The notes beneath the pieces were generated by a model that ran no database searches, was not told the DNA's origin, and saw only the letters and a list, made by a program, of their open reading frames with translations. A DNA stretch of 64,000 nt from positions 21,784,534 to 21,848,533 of the forward strand of contig CM120644.1 of assembly GCA_051362555.1 (NCBI GenBank). The letters run 5' to 3'. The DNA is from Lingula anatina. Lineage: Eukaryota; Animalia; Brachiopoda. A program made the translations under genes and the position numbers. This document shows, piece by piece, positions 62,956 to 64,000 of the stretch (positions are counted from its first letter, which is position 1; each line of letters begins with the position of its first letter).

Positions 62956-64000
62956 TGTAATGCTTGATGGCTCACAATTTGACAAATAACGCAATTAACG
63001 TCAGGGGGCCAAATTGTAAGTTGCCAGTTCTAAAGGGACGAAAAAGTTGTGCAATTCAGTTCATGAAGAAAAGTAGGTCAAAAGTCAATTTGAAAGTCAC
63101 AGTATGATTACCAGTATATGACGTCCTATTCATCTTCAATAATAACTTTGTCTCTATCTCTGTCTGTTTTTGAGATATAAAAGATAAAAAATTTGCCAAG
63201 TTCAATTTTAGGCGGCACTTTTTTATTTTTCTGAATGACATCCTCTTGGGACCCTGAAATCGGTACGGTAAAAAAAAAACAGCCAAAAAAAATATATATA
63301 TACTGCTTAAGTAAAGGAAAGCTGTCAGTACACAAATTTACCACAGAAACACAAATTTACCACAGAAACACGTAGCAAACTAACACTATGTCTTTATCCA
63401 TGCTCTCAAAATATTAAAGCATTGTCAATACTTCGTAGAAAGGTAAAAAAAGTCATGAATACATATGCTGCATATTACCAAATCTATATTAAGGTTATTT
63501 TATGCATTTTGTTGGTATACCAATCAATAAAACAAATGATAAACAAACAGTGTGTCTTTATTTGTGCTCTCAGAATATTTTAAAAAGCATTATGAACACT
63601 TCACAGAAATGTTTAAAAGTCATGCAAAGAAATGCTTATAATACCAAATCTATTAAAGGTCATTTCGGTCAATGCCGTTTTGTCTATTTTGACTTGCAGG
63701 AAGCAGCCAAACTGTCGGGTGGCCTGTCCGACCTTCAGCCCACCAAATACCTCGACGCCCTTGTCGTCCCTGTTTTCGCTACAAAAAAAAAAACATGTGC
63801 TGCTTTGGACAGAATATCACTGAAATTTTCCGGGCGATAATCGCGGCCGCCGCCAGCCTTTAGTATAATTATAGAAAGGTGATATCTCCATGCCCAATAT
63901 CAATGGCATACCAATCCCAAACGACGGCCTCCTTCCTCTTTATGACTTTAATTGTCGTGTAACTTGACAGTAATCCTTGAGATGAATTTGACGGCAAAGC

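Larger units (their letters stand above)
56539..64000 (+). repeat. Segmental duplication: 56539-~61500 matches 1-~5160; ~59410-64000 matches ~14500-18702
   Basis: Window start GTGCATATGATGTCTCTGTAACC recurs at 56539; window end TTTGACGGCAAAGC matches ~18689-18702; shared TE insertions. Confidence 0.9.

Overview
Eukaryotic, AT-rich, repeat-dense animal DNA, probably a marine invertebrate (inferred from gene family and TE content). The window is a head-to-tail + strand array of Golgi carbohydrate sulfotransferase genes (Sulfotransfer_2, CHST11/HNK-1ST-like). It holds six catalytic exons (A 2592, B 7773/14095, C 25427, D 34524, E 44542, F 58801) and six pairs of small upstream exons (signal anchor + stem) that the ORF track missed. 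C, D and E look intact. A's 5' exons lie outside the window, F lost its normal ATG, and one exon pair (21.1-21.5 kb) has no catalytic exon of its own. Copy B is split by a young 6.2-kb Ngaro/PAT-type tyrosine-recombinase retrotransposon (gag, RT-RNase H, YR; split direct repeats). The most unusual feature is in this element: its internal repeat junction lies upstream of the ORFs, preceded by an array of 13 double-hairpin modules whose stems covary around a constant linker that reads as a splice-donor/U1 site. Tc1 elements, LINE fragments, MITEs, a SINE and micro/minisatellites fill the spacers.
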